Positions 17,532 through 27,294 of a DNA stretch of 38,047 nt are shown piece after piece. The stretch covers positions 1 through 38,047 of the IMG/VR virus record IMGVR_UViG_3300032243_000066. The stretch is one strand, 5' to 3'. This DNA is from a virus. Lineage: Duplodnaviria > Caudoviricetes. Position 1 is the first letter of the stretch. Each line of letters opens with the position of its first letter. The position numbers and the translations under genes are program-made. The notes beneath the pieces were generated by a model. That model worked only from the letters and a program-made list of their open reading frames with translations, did not search any database and was not told the DNA's origin.

Positions 17532-19158
17532 AAGTTGAGGAATGATAACCTTTTTCTGTCCAATAGTCGTTACCGTCCACAATAACCTCTTCTTTCCGCC
17601 CATCGTCAAATATACCAACGGGCGTTAGTTCTTCCTCACTTAGCATGTTTTGTTCCGCTAACATCAACTTTCTAATATCAATGTTTGTCGATTCTTTAAA
17701 GAATGACTGCGCTGTTAACCAGGAAAACAAAACTAACCCCATAACCAAATCATCATTATTACCTTCTTCCGCAGCATAACTGTCACGGTTTCTAGTGAAG
17801 GTATTCATTTCGGCAATGGTGTCAAAGTCATTAATAATTAACTTATCATTTTCCACCAGTGTCTTTAAGTTAGCACATCCGACTTTTTTAACAGTCTTTG
17901 TGGTCTTGATACCAAAACTAGTAGACCTTTTAAATCCACCAGAAATACTTTGACCTTTAATATGATGATGTTCTAACTTGTATATGTTTTCGTATTCTAA
18001 ATCATAGTGCAGAATATCGACAACTTGTTGACCAATGTTATTGGTCTCAACCAGAGCATATGCTTCATTGTACTTCTTTGCAACTGAGAAAATTACAGTC
18101 GGAAAGAACAACAAAGGCAACTTATTATTCCTATATTTAGCCACCTGTTTATACGGTACTTGGCTTGCATCTATGACATTGATTGTTGAATAGTCTAAAT
18201 CAACACCTTCTGCACAATCAATTGTGGCAATATACAAATGGTCTTTAATAGGTTCTTCGTATATATCAAGGCCTTCAAATGAAGATATTGGATTATGAAA
18301 TGCAAGACTTCTCAGTTTTGCACCAGATATCAATGTTGCTGATGAACCAATAAACTCAGTTTCAAACTCTTGTCTAAACTGTTCTTCACTAGTGTTTCTA
18401 ATAGTCTCATTCTTCCATTCTTCATCTCTACCTGGAACTTGAGACCAATGCACTTCAAGTGTTTTGTAAGTAGACCTGCCTTCTATTGCATCTACCCACA
18501 TCTTATAGAACATGTTTAGACCATTAGGTGTCGAAACAATAATAACTTTCGTAGTCTTACCAGAAGAGATAACAGGGTAAGTAGAAGTAAAGAAATCTTG
18601 AGCCATGTTATGTTGAACGAAAGCAAATTCATCCAAGAAAACTAGATTGTAAGTTCCTCCACGAACACCTGATGCAGAAGTTGCATATGCCCAAATCATT
18701 GAACCATTCTCTAGTTCAATATTACCTTTGTTCCAAGTTTTAATACCTTGTTGTAACCACAAAGGTAGATACTCATATGCATATTGAATTCTACCAAGAA
18801 TCTCTCTTGCTAAAGAACCCTTGTTTGCTAAGATTGCAACTTTATAATCAATATTAAATAATACTGACCATAACATATAACCTACAGTTGTGGTTGTTTT
18901 ACCAACCTGTCGAGGCATCTTAGCGATACAGAATCTATTATTATGAAAAGTTTGTACCATATCTTCTTGGAATGGCCACATGTCGAATGGGATAAGACCT
19001 TTATCCACATTGACAATCTTTACATAATTTTTAATGAAGTAAATTGGATCTTCAGAACACTTTACAATCTCTGCAACTTGTTCTTCGGTATAGGATATTT
19101 CTACCCCTAACCGTTTTAAACTCGCATTACCATTATAACCGCCACCTAAGTCTGACAT
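17527..19158 (-). CDS. gp17: gp17 terminase large subunit
   Basis: PRQVGKTT, FLDEFAF, STPNG and NDDLVM; uninterrupted. Confidence 0.98.
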   Translation of the reverse strand: MSDLGGGYNGNASLKRLGVEISYTEEQVAEIVKCSEDPIYFIKNYVKIVNVDKGLIPFDMWPFQEDMVQTFHNNRFCIAKMPRQVGKTTTTVGYMLWSVLFNIDYKVAILANKGSLAREILGRIQYAYEYLPLWLQQGIKTWNKGNIELENGSMIWAYATSASGVRGGTYNLVFLDEFAFVQHNMAQDFFTSTYPVISSGKTTKVIIVSTPNGLNMFYKMWVDAIEGRSTYKTLEVHWSQVPGRDEEWKNETIRNTSEEQFRQEFETEFIGSSATLISGAKLRSLAFHNPISSFEGLDIYEEPIKDHLYIATIDCAEGVDLDYSTINVIDASQVPYKQVAKYRNNKLPLLFFPTVIFSVAKKYNEAYALVETNNIGQQVVDILHYDLEYENIYKLEHHHIKGQSISGGFKRSTSFGIKTTKTVKKVGCANLKTLVENDKLIINDFDTIAEMNTFTRNRDSYAAEEGNNDDLVMGLVLFSWLTAQSFFKESTNIDIRKLMLAEQNMLSEEELTPVGIFDDGRKEEVIVDGNDYWTEKGYHSSTF

Positions 19159-19159
19159 T

Positions 19160-19597
19160 TTATTTAATAATACTTCTCAACATCCACGCTTTCTTCTGGT
19201 GAGCACCAAGAAGGTCTTGTAGAAAGTTAGAAATAGCTGGTTCATCTGCTTGATTAGCTGCAACAATACCTGCACGAAGATGAACAATATAACGGTCATT
19301 ATCTTCTTTTAAATGTTGCATCATAATAATTGCAGACGGAATAGAATCAACAGCTTCTTCAATATCTGCCAACTCTAAAAATCTTTGCATAGAACCAGGT
19401 GCATAAGCATCTAAACGGCGAAGATGTTCAGCAATATCATCTGTTTGAGCCCAAACATCATTATAGAAAGTATCTAAAAAACCATGATATTGTGGAAAAT
19501 CTGCACCCTCAATATTCCAATGATAGTTGTGCGATTTTAAATACAAAGCAAAATTTGTACCTAAAATTACTTTAAGTTGTTCAATTAATTGTTCCAT
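19160..19597 (-). CDS. dps: Dps / ferritin-like DNA-protecting protein
   Basis: KSHNYHWNIEG..F..YH, DDIAEHLR and C-terminal HQKKAWMLRS, matching the Dps ferroxidase-centre pattern. Confidence 0.9.
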   Translation of the reverse strand: MEQLIEQLKVILGTNFALYLKSHNYHWNIEGADFPQYHGFLDTFYNDVWAQTDDIAEHLRRLDAYAPGSMQRFLELADIEEAVDSIPSAIIMMQHLKEDNDRYIVHLRAGIVAANQADEPAISNFLQDLLGAHQKKAWMLRSIIK

Positions 19598-19982
19598 TAT
19601 TATCCTTGTTCTTTAAAAATTTGACTAGTTCTGTTGTAGAGCCAACAAAAACTGCCTTATCTACATTTATGTTTTTTGCGCTTTGTGATTCACCTGTTAA
19701 GTCTCTTTTTCTCTTTTGTACTTCAAGTAAATCTTTATTTAAGTCTGATAGATTTTTAATTAATCCAGCGGCAACTTCGTATGCTCTTGGATGTTCTGAT
19801 TCTTTGGCAACATGCAAAAGATTATCCATTGCAACATTACCTTTTGTAATTAGTTCTCTGATATTTTGTCTAGCAAATTCTGCATCATCTTCAACAGGAG
19901 TTTTTATAACCGCAGGTAATGTTTCAAACTGAATTGGTTCTACATCCAAAACTTCAGATAATTTTTGATTCAACTTATTCAT
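19581..19982 (-). CDS. gp16: gp16 terminase small subunit
   Basis: ESEHPRAYEV and VFVGSTTEL motifs; located after gp15. Confidence 0.93.
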   Translation of the reverse strand: MNKLNQKLSEVLDVEPIQFETLPAVIKTPVEDDAEFARQNIRELITKGNVAMDNLLHVAKESEHPRAYEVAAGLIKNLSDLNKDLLEVQKRKRDLTGESQSAKNINVDKAVFVGSTTELVKFLKNKDNNGTIN

Positions 19983-20989
19983 ATTGTATTAGGAAAATTA
20001 ATTATTGTTTCTGAAAATCCAAACTCATCATCCGGCATTGCAGTAATTGGATTTGGTGTAGTAACAACTAATATTGACTTTAATGGATTAGTATCTATTG
20101 AAACGATTGTATAAGTTGCATTACTCTTGTCACCAACAAGAACATCACCAACATTTAAATAATCATTTAAGTAGCCAACAACAAGAGTTGCCGTATTTGC
20201 TGCAGTTGCAGCATTGTTACTAAAATACAAAACTTCACCATGGATATTTTTATCTGATACTCTTACTGTTTCGTTTGATGCAAAGTAACCAACACCATTT
20301 GCATAATTTACATAAACTTTTTGTGCATCTTTCGCTCTTGTTTCGAGGTAAATACTTGAGTTTGCTTGTCTAATAACATCACCAGAAAGAACTGGTGGCC
20401 AAATATAACCTTTTGCAGTAAACTCTAAGTCCCAAGTTATCAATCTTGTAGACATTAAATCACCTTCATATTCTGTACTTGTATTTACAGAATTAAGAAT
20501 TACCGGCATGTCGTATTTTTTACCCATAGATGGAATAAAATTAATTGTTACATTAAAGTCTGGTGTAAAAAATGGTAAAATTTGTTCTAAGATTTGTGTG
20601 CCATCTTCTGTATTTCTTACATAGATGGATAAAGAAAATGAGAAATCATATGGAACAGGAACAAATTGTGTTTTAACAGTTGTTGCAGTTTCAGCTGCAA
20701 AGTTTCTTAATGTAGATGGTAATTTTCTTGAAACATCATAAGACATTCCGGTCATCTCAAATGACATTCTAGGAACAGTAGTTGCAATAGATTTTGTTAA
20801 AGTTGGGTCTGATGCTAATCGCACCAAATATTTTTCTTTTGCACCATAATTTAATGGTACTTTGAATTTTTCATATTCAATTGTTCCCGCTTTATTATAT
20901 CTGACAGTATGAATGTCGTTAAACATCGTACCAAAAGCAACAACAATCTTTCTGATTGTTCTATTATAAAAGTGTTCATTACCTAACAT
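19979..20989 (-). CDS. gp15: gp15 tail sheath stabiliser / terminator
   Basis: IRKIVVAFGTMFNDI and QILEQILPFFTP. Confidence 0.95.
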   Translation of the reverse strand: MLGNEHFYNRTIRKIVVAFGTMFNDIHTVRYNKAGTIEYEKFKVPLNYGAKEKYLVRLASDPTLTKSIATTVPRMSFEMTGMSYDVSRKLPSTLRNFAAETATTVKTQFVPVPYDFSFSLSIYVRNTEDGTQILEQILPFFTPDFNVTINFIPSMGKKYDMPVILNSVNTSTEYEGDLMSTRLITWDLEFTAKGYIWPPVLSGDVIRQANSSIYLETRAKDAQKVYVNYANGVGYFASNETVRVSDKNIHGEVLYFSNNAATAANTATLVVGYLNDYLNVGDVLVGDKSNATYTIVSIDTNPLKSILVVTTPNPITAMPDDEFGFSETIINFPNTI

Positions 20990-21894
20990 TATGCTTCACC
21001 AAATGGGTTGTGTTCCGAGAAGTCAATTATAGAATCCGCTTCAGTTTCAATTCTTGTGTTATCTACTACATCCTCAAATGCATTATTATCGAATGCTGTA
21101 TCGTCAGGTATAGATGCAGTAGTAAATCTTGCATTAGATGTTGCACCAATTGCTAATGTATTATTTGCAAATGTACCCATCACTCTTACAATATCTAATC
21201 TTCTTGTTGTACTGTTCCAAGTATGTACAGTCGCTTTTGCGTTTGCAGAAGCTAAACTAGCACCTTGATATACAATTTCATCTTGTACATATGTGCCAGA
21301 GCCGCCAGAGGCCATAACAATTCGTTCTCTTTGATATGCATCTCTAATTTGTTCATCAATTTCTTCAATACCAGTGTGTACCAATTCTTGTGAGAATACA
21401 AATTGTTTGCAATGTAATCCATACACATAAACATTATTGCCACGGCCTCTACCCAATGTGTAGAACATCGCTTGATTGTTTTCGTGTTCCACCAATGTGA
21501 TTTCAAAAAAGTTTTGAACTAATGGAATATAAATTAAATCGCCTTCTCTTGGTCTAAAAAGATTAGATGCACCAGTTGTATATTTAAATCTACGGCGAGA
21601 AACTAATAAAGTAATCTCATCTCGAATTTCAAGGCCAAACTTGGACATGAAGTCACCTTCACCATCCATACCAGTAACATTCTCAAGATACATTTCAAGA
21701 TTATATGCAGTAGTATATCTTTTTAATGTGTCTTCGCCATACAACATGTCTTCTGAATCACCAGAAGTTCTTGGTAGATAAAACACATCCATGCCATGAA
21801 TTTGCATCGCTTCAATAACCAAATCTTCAACCAACAGTTGTTCACTGGTGATTTGATCCGCAGGAAAATTATTGAAATAAAAATTAGTAGGCAT
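20989..21894 (-). CDS. gp14: gp14 neck protein
   Basis: SKFGLEIRDE, RPREGDLIY and C-terminal DFSEHNPFGE. Confidence 0.95.
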   Translation of the reverse strand: MPTNFYFNNFPADQITSEQLLVEDLVIEAMQIHGMDVFYLPRTSGDSEDMLYGEDTLKRYTTAYNLEMYLENVTGMDGEGDFMSKFGLEIRDEITLLVSRRRFKYTTGASNLFRPREGDLIYIPLVQNFFEITLVEHENNQAMFYTLGRGRGNNVYVYGLHCKQFVFSQELVHTGIEEIDEQIRDAYQRERIVMASGGSGTYVQDEIVYQGASLASANAKATVHTWNSTTRRLDIVRVMGTFANNTLAIGATSNARFTTASIPDDTAFDNNAFEDVVDNTRIETEADSIIDFSEHNPFGEA

Positions 21895-21896
21895 GC

Positions 21897-22856
21897 TTAA
21901 CCCGTAAAGATTTCGCTAGGCAGGCTACCCATTTGATACATTTCTTCTTCCATCTTGTTAATCTCATCAAGTGCTTCTTGCATGATTCTTGGTCCATCAA
22001 ATGTAACACCACCTGGCATTTGAATACCAGCAAACTTAGATAGATTCGAACCCCATTGATACTTAATCTTTGCAGTTGCATATGCCTTTAAAAATCTATC
22101 ACCCCAAATATCTGATATGCCAGTTTTTGTGATTGTGTTAGAAGTCACATTTGCAACAAGATTATTTGCACTAACTGTTATTAAAGTTGGTGATTTGATT
22201 CTTTGTACTTGATATTCTTGACCAGAAGACAATATGATAATATCATTCTCTAATAATTCTTGGTCAAATACTGTGCCTGTACCTGTTAAAGTATTTGCAG
22301 AAGTATTGCCTGTTACTGTACCTGTAATTGAAATTGTATCAGGTATTAATTTTCTATAACATTCAACAACAACATACTCACCAGGTTGTAAATCTCTAGA
22401 CCAATCAATATCTAAGAACAATCTATTTTCATGCCTATTAAATCTAAATTGTGGTGTACCAGAAAACAATAAGTTTAATGTACGAATGTGCTGCATTGTA
22501 ATTTCATATGACACATAAGATACAGATGTGAAGTCATACAAATCATGCAATCTTAATTGATATCTCAAGTCAAACATATTAACTGAAGAACCGGATTGGT
22601 CAAATGGAATAATACCAGTTACAAATTGAACAGCATCAGGACAATAAATCCATCGTCTATCAATATCAGTTTGAGTGATTTGATGCTTCATAAAAATCTT
22701 TTCGGTGCCATCATAATGATAGTCTGCCCAAAATGCTAATGCATCATCAATACGGTCATCTACTTGGTCATCATCCACATTAATTTGGATAACTGGATGG
22801 CCAAGTCTTCTTAAACAGTAATCTTTAAATTGTTGTCTTGTTGTTGGTTGTGCCAT
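21897..22856 (-). CDS. gp13: gp13 neck protein
   Basis: YCLRRLGHPVIQINV and QWGSNLSKFAGIQMPGGV. Confidence 0.95.
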   Translation of the reverse strand: MAQPTTRQQFKDYCLRRLGHPVIQINVDDDQVDDRIDDALAFWADYHYDGTEKIFMKHQITQTDIDRRWIYCPDAVQFVTGIIPFDQSGSSVNMFDLRYQLRLHDLYDFTSVSYVSYEITMQHIRTLNLLFSGTPQFRFNRHENRLFLDIDWSRDLQPGEYVVVECYRKLIPDTISITGTVTGNTSANTLTGTGTVFDQELLENDIIILSSGQEYQVQRIKSPTLITVSANNLVANVTSNTITKTGISDIWGDRFLKAYATAKIKYQWGSNLSKFAGIQMPGGVTFDGPRIMQEALDEINKMEEEMYQMGSLPSEIFTG

Positions 22857-22859
22857 GTT

Positions 22860-25800
22860 TTATCCTAATGCAATTGAAAGTGCTAACACATCACCAAGAG
22901 TTGCACCACCAGAAGCGGCAGTTGTTTGTCTTGTGCCGTCAGCAAATACAACACCATCAACTGACACATTACCTTTAACACCAACACCACCACTAACAGT
23001 TATTGCACCAGTTATATTTGATGTTGATACAGTTGTGTTTGTAACATTAATAGAAGATACTGAAACATTTGTTAATGTTGGACTTGCATTTAGTACAGTA
23101 GCGCCCGTACCCGTGATTGTTGTGGTTGAGATATAATCCCAATCCCAATCAGCAGCAGTTGTTAGTGTTGTACCAATACAAACTGCATGAGCACAAACGC
23201 CTGCAGGTATTGTTCCAACTAAGTTACCACCAGATGAATTGACTGTTAATGTGCCTGTTGAATTGTTTTCGATTTCCCAAGCAATACCTGTTACTAATGT
23301 GCTTGTAACCGGAAGAACAATAGTTTGATTAGAGGTGCCTGTAAAGAATTGACGATAATTACTTGATGCGGTTAATGTAGTTGTACCAGCTGCCGTAACA
23401 GTTGTGGTATAACCCATTTTAATATTGTCAATTGTCGGTAATGATATTGTTGGTGCAGTATTAAGAACAACCGAACCAGTACCAGTAGAAGTAGTTACTC
23501 CAGTACCACCTTGTGCAACTGCTAATGTACCAGAAGTAATTGCAGCCGCAGAAATTACGATTGCAGTATTTGTTATTGCAGTTACACGGCCTTTTGAATC
23601 TGTAGTGATTACAGGAACATAAGCTGCATTAGCATATGTACCAGCAGTACCCGTAGCTGGTAATCTTGCATCTGCCAATGTACCAGAAGTAATAGCAGCA
23701 GTATCTATTGCAATCGCTGTGTTTGTAACGGCACTAACTCTTCCATAAGCATCAGTAGTGATTACAGGAACATAAGCTGCGTTAGCATAAGTTCCTGCGG
23801 TGCCTGTATTTGCAACCGATACAAATGCAGTACCATTTGATGTTAAGAATGTTCCAGTAGTATAAGTGATTGCGTTTGCGCCGCCCTGTGCAAACGGAAG
23901 AACACCAGATGTAATCTGTGTTGTTGCAATTTGAATTAATGTATTTGTAACTGCACTCACACGACCATATGTGTCAGTAGTGATTACTGGATGATAGGCT
24001 GCGTTTCCGTATGTACCAGCAGTACCTGTGTTTGCAAGTATCGTAACTGCACTTGTTCCAGAACCAATAAGAATTCCACCGGCAGTTAATGTTGTTGCGC
24101 CTGTACCACCATCTGCAACTCCGATTGCTGATGCAAGACTTGATACAGTACCACCAGTAATGTTTGCTCTTAGTGTGGCAGTATTAGAAGCAGTTAAAGA
24201 ACCAGTTGCAAGTGTATTTGCTGTTGGGTCAGTAGTTAAGTCTTTGAACAAGAAGAAGTTTGAACCGGCTTGTCTTACAAGACCTGCATACTTTTGACCT
24301 GTTGCATTATATGTTCCGTAAAAACCAATATCTAAACTATCACCTGCGGTGTTGTTGTTTGCAAGTTTTAATAGTGAATCAGATGTAGATACAGTTGAAG
24401 TGTTAACAGTTGTAGTTGTACCATTAACAATTAAGTTACCAGTAATTGTTGTATCGCCTGATACTGTGCCACCAGATGAATTAAATTTTGTTGCAGCTAA
24501 ATCATAAGCAGTTTTAACTGAGTTTGGTGTTGCGGCAGTTGTTGTACTTGTTGAAGATATTGAATCTGTAAGTTGAACAATACCTTGAACTGAAGTTGTT
24601 GAAGATTGAATTACAGTATTTGTAATTGCAGTAACTCTACCATATGCATCTGTCGTGATAACAGGGATGTAAGTAGAGTTTGCATAAGTTCCAGCAGTAC
24701 CTTTTGTAGGTAATCTCGCATCAGCAATTGTGCCAGATGTTAATGCACTTGTATCAATCGCAACAGCAGTATTTGTTACACCAGTTACTCTTCCATATGC
24801 GTCAGTAGTGATGACAGGAATATAAGCTGCATTAGCATAAGTTCCAGCAGTACCTTTTGTTGGCAATCTAGAGTCTGCTAATGTGCCAGAAGTAATCTGT
24901 GAGGTGTCAATCGCTACTGCGGTGTTTGTTACGGCAGAAACACGGCCGTATGCATCAGTAGTTATGACAGGAATATAAGCAGCGTTTGCATATGTTCCGG
25001 CAGTACCAGTATTTGCCAACGCAACGAAAGCAGTTCCGTTAGATGTTAAAATTGCACCAGTAGTATATGTTGTATTATTAGAACCACCTTGTGCAAATGG
25101 TAATACGCCTGAAGTGACTTGCGAAGCCGCTATCTGAACTAATGTATTTGTAACTGCACTAACCCTGCCGTAAGCATCGGTTGTGATTACTGGATGATAG
25201 GCGGCATTTCCATATGTACCAGCAGTACCAGTATTTGCAACAGAAACAAATGAAGTTCCATTTGATGTTAATAGACCACCGGTTGTGTAAGTTGTTGCAT
25301 TAGCGCCACCTTGTGCAAATGTCATCACACCTGTCACAGAAGTAGATGTGATTGCAATCGCTGTGTTTGTTATACCAGTTACACGACCATATGCATCGGT
25401 CGTAATAACAGGAACATAAGTTGCATTAGCGTAAGTACCAGCAGTACCTTTGGTTGGCAGTCTTGCATCAGCGATTGTGCCTGAGGTGATTGCGGCTGTG
25501 TCTATTGCAATCGCTGTATTTGTAACGGCAGATACACGACCATAAGCATCGGTTGTAATGACTGGAACATAGGCTGCATTAGCATAAGTTCCTGCGGTGC
25601 CTGTGTTTGCTAATGTTGCAAGTGCAGTTCCATTGTATGCAACAATACCATTAGTGAATGATGTTTGGTTTGTACCACCATCTGCAATACCAATCGCAGA
25701 TGCCAAACTTGAAACTGTACCACCAGTTAAGTTTGCTCTTAATGTTGCGGTATTTGCGGCAGTTGCAGAACCAGTTGCAAGTGTATTAGTTGATGGGTCT

Positions 25801-27281
25801 GTTGGCAATCCCTTAAACAAGAAGAAATTACCTGCGGCTTGTCTGACAAGACCATGATAGGTTACAGAAGAACCTGTATTTGATTGTCCGTAGAAACCAA
25901 TATCAAGAACATCACCAACAACATTATTGGCAGCAAGTTTTAATAAAGAATCATTTGTTGATACTGTTGAAGTATTAACAATTGTTTGTGTACCAGAAAC
26001 AGTTAAGTTACCAGTGATTGACAAATCACCAGTTAATGTTCCACCTGAAACTTGTGATGCAGTAATCGCAACGGCAGTATTTGTTACACCAGTTACACGA
26101 CCATACGCATCAGTTGTAATAACAGGAATATAGGCAGCATTAGCATAAGTTCCTGCGGTTCCTTTAGTTGGTAATCTTGCATCAGCAACAGTACCAGAAG
26201 TTAACTGTGAAGTATCAATTGCGATAGCAGTATTTGTAACTGCGGTAACACGACCTTTTGAATCTGTCGTAATAACAGGAACATAAGCCGCATTGGCATA
26301 TGTTCCAGCAGTTCCTACACCAGCAAGTCTTGCATCAGCAATAGTACCAGAAGTTAACTGTGAAGTGTCGATTGCTACTGCTGTGTTTGTTACGGCAGAA
26401 ACTCTACCATAAGCATCAGTAGTGATTACAGGAATGTAAGCTGCGTTAGCATATGTACCGGCAGTTCCTGTATTTGCAACAGAAACTAATGCAGTACCAT
26501 TTGATGTTAAGAATTGACCAGTTGTGTAGGTTGTATTATTAGAACCACCTTGTGTAAATGGTAACACACCAGATGTAACTTGAGATGCAGCTATCTGAAC
26601 TAATGTGTTTGTTACAGCAGTTACCCGGCCGTAAGCATCGGTTGTGATAACTGGATGATATGCATTGTTACCATAAGTTCCTGCGGTACCTTTTGTTGGT
26701 AGTCTAGCATCAGCAATTGTACCAGATGTTATTGCACCAGTATCAATTGCGATTGCGGTATTTGTTATAGATGAAACACGGCCATAGGCATCAGTAGTGA
26801 TTACTGGAATGTAAGCCGCATTGGCGTAAGTACCTGCGGTACCAGTATTTGCAACAGAAACAAATGCGGTGCCATTAGATGTTAATAAACCACCAGTTGT
26901 ATATGATGTTGCGTTTGCACCGCCTTGTGCGAATGTCATTACACCTGTAACTGCACCAGAAGAAATTGCAATTGCAGTATTTGTTACAGAACTGACTCTT
27001 CCGTAAGCATCAGTAGTTACAACAGGAATGTAAGTTGAATTGCCGTATGTACCAGCAGTGCCAGTATTTGATAGTGCAAGTAAGTGTGAACCATTTGAAG
27101 TCAGTATTTGACCTGTGGTAATCGAAGCATTTGCTTTGATTAGGGGATTACCACCCGCAGTTGTACCGTCATGGACAACTACGACTTTTTTATCTGTATC
27201 TACAGTAAGCTCAGCAATAGAACCTGTGAAGGCTGCTGTTTGTGCTGTATTACCTCTTCGTATTTGGACTTGTGTTGACAT
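22860..27281 (-). CDS. Long repeat-rich fibre protein (1473 aa) at the wac/fibritin position
   Basis: N-terminal QVQIRRG...ELTVDTDKKVVVVHDG resembles the Mtd N-terminal domain; 15 GTAGTY..TTDAYGRV repeats; one phage tail-fibre repeat (GIVQLTDS...AATPNSVK); ends LALSIALG. Confidence 0.85.
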   Translation of the reverse strand: MSTQVQIRRGNTAQTAAFTGSIAELTVDTDKKVVVVHDGTTAGGNPLIKANASITTGQILTSNGSHLLALSNTGTAGTYGNSTYIPVVTTDAYGRVSSVTNTAIAISSGAVTGVMTFAQGGANATSYTTGGLLTSNGTAFVSVANTGTAGTYANAAYIPVITTDAYGRVSSITNTAIAIDTGAITSGTIADARLPTKGTAGTYGNNAYHPVITTDAYGRVTAVTNTLVQIAASQVTSGVLPFTQGGSNNTTYTTGQFLTSNGTALVSVANTGTAGTYANAAYIPVITTDAYGRVSAVTNTAVAIDTSQLTSGTIADARLAGVGTAGTYANAAYVPVITTDSKGRVTAVTNTAIAIDTSQLTSGTVADARLPTKGTAGTYANAAYIPVITTDAYGRVTGVTNTAVAITASQVSGGTLTGDLSITGNLTVSGTQTIVNTSTVSTNDSLLKLAANNVVGDVLDIGFYGQSNTGSSVTYHGLVRQAAGNFFLFKGLPTDPSTNTLATGSATAANTATLRANLTGGTVSSLASAIGIADGGTNQTSFTNGIVAYNGTALATLANTGTAGTYANAAYVPVITTDAYGRVSAVTNTAIAIDTAAITSGTIADARLPTKGTAGTYANATYVPVITTDAYGRVTGITNTAIAITSTSVTGVMTFAQGGANATTYTTGGLLTSNGTSFVSVANTGTAGTYGNAAYHPVITTDAYGRVSAVTNTLVQIAASQVTSGVLPFAQGGSNNTTYTTGAILTSNGTAFVALANTGTAGTYANAAYIPVITTDAYGRVSAVTNTAVAIDTSQITSGTLADSRLPTKGTAGTYANAAYIPVITTDAYGRVTGVTNTAVAIDTSALTSGTIADARLPTKGTAGTYANSTYIPVITTDAYGRVTAITNTVIQSSTTSVQGIVQLTDSISSTSTTTAATPNSVKTAYDLAATKFNSSGGTVSGDTTITGNLIVNGTTTTVNTSTVSTSDSLLKLANNNTAGDSLDIGFYGTYNATGQKYAGLVRQAGSNFFLFKDLTTDPTANTLATGSLTASNTATLRANITGGTVSSLASAIGVADGGTGATTLTAGGILIGSGTSAVTILANTGTAGTYGNAAYHPVITTDTYGRVSAVTNTLIQIATTQITSGVLPFAQGGANAITYTTGTFLTSNGTAFVSVANTGTAGTYANAAYVPVITTDAYGRVSAVTNTAIAIDTAAITSGTLADARLPATGTAGTYANAAYVPVITTDSKGRVTAITNTAIVISAAAITSGTLAVAQGGTGVTTSTGTGSVVLNTAPTISLPTIDNIKMGYTTTVTAAGTTTLTASSNYRQFFTGTSNQTIVLPVTSTLVTGIAWEIENNSTGTLTVNSSGGNLVGTIPAGVCAHAVCIGTTLTTAADWDWDYISTTTITGTGATVLNASPTLTNVSVSSINVTNTTVSTSNITGAITVSGGVGVKGNVSVDGVVFADGTRQTTAASGGATLGDVLALSIALG
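23560..27070 (-). repeat. Intragenic coding repeats: 15 copies of a ~29-aa core in units of ~51 or ~74 aa
   Basis: Counted in the translation as blocks of 6, 6 and 3 copies, separated by two copies of a GNL.V.G...DSLLKLA..N..DIGFYG domain. Confidence 0.9.
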
Positions 27282-27286
27282 AATTG

Positions 27287-27294
27287 TATTTATA
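27287..27294 (-). promoter_or_regulatory. T4 late promoter for the long fibre gene
   Basis: Exact TATAAATA, 5 nt before the ATG at 27281. Confidence 0.7.

Noticed and set aside
869-21268. Short plus-strand and alternative-frame ORFs inside core genes
   Set aside because: They overlap conserved T4 core genes and have shadow-like composition.
23560-27070. Possible CRISPR array or non-coding tandem repeat
   Set aside because: The repeats are in frame, vary at synonymous sites and have no unique spacers, so they are protein repeats.
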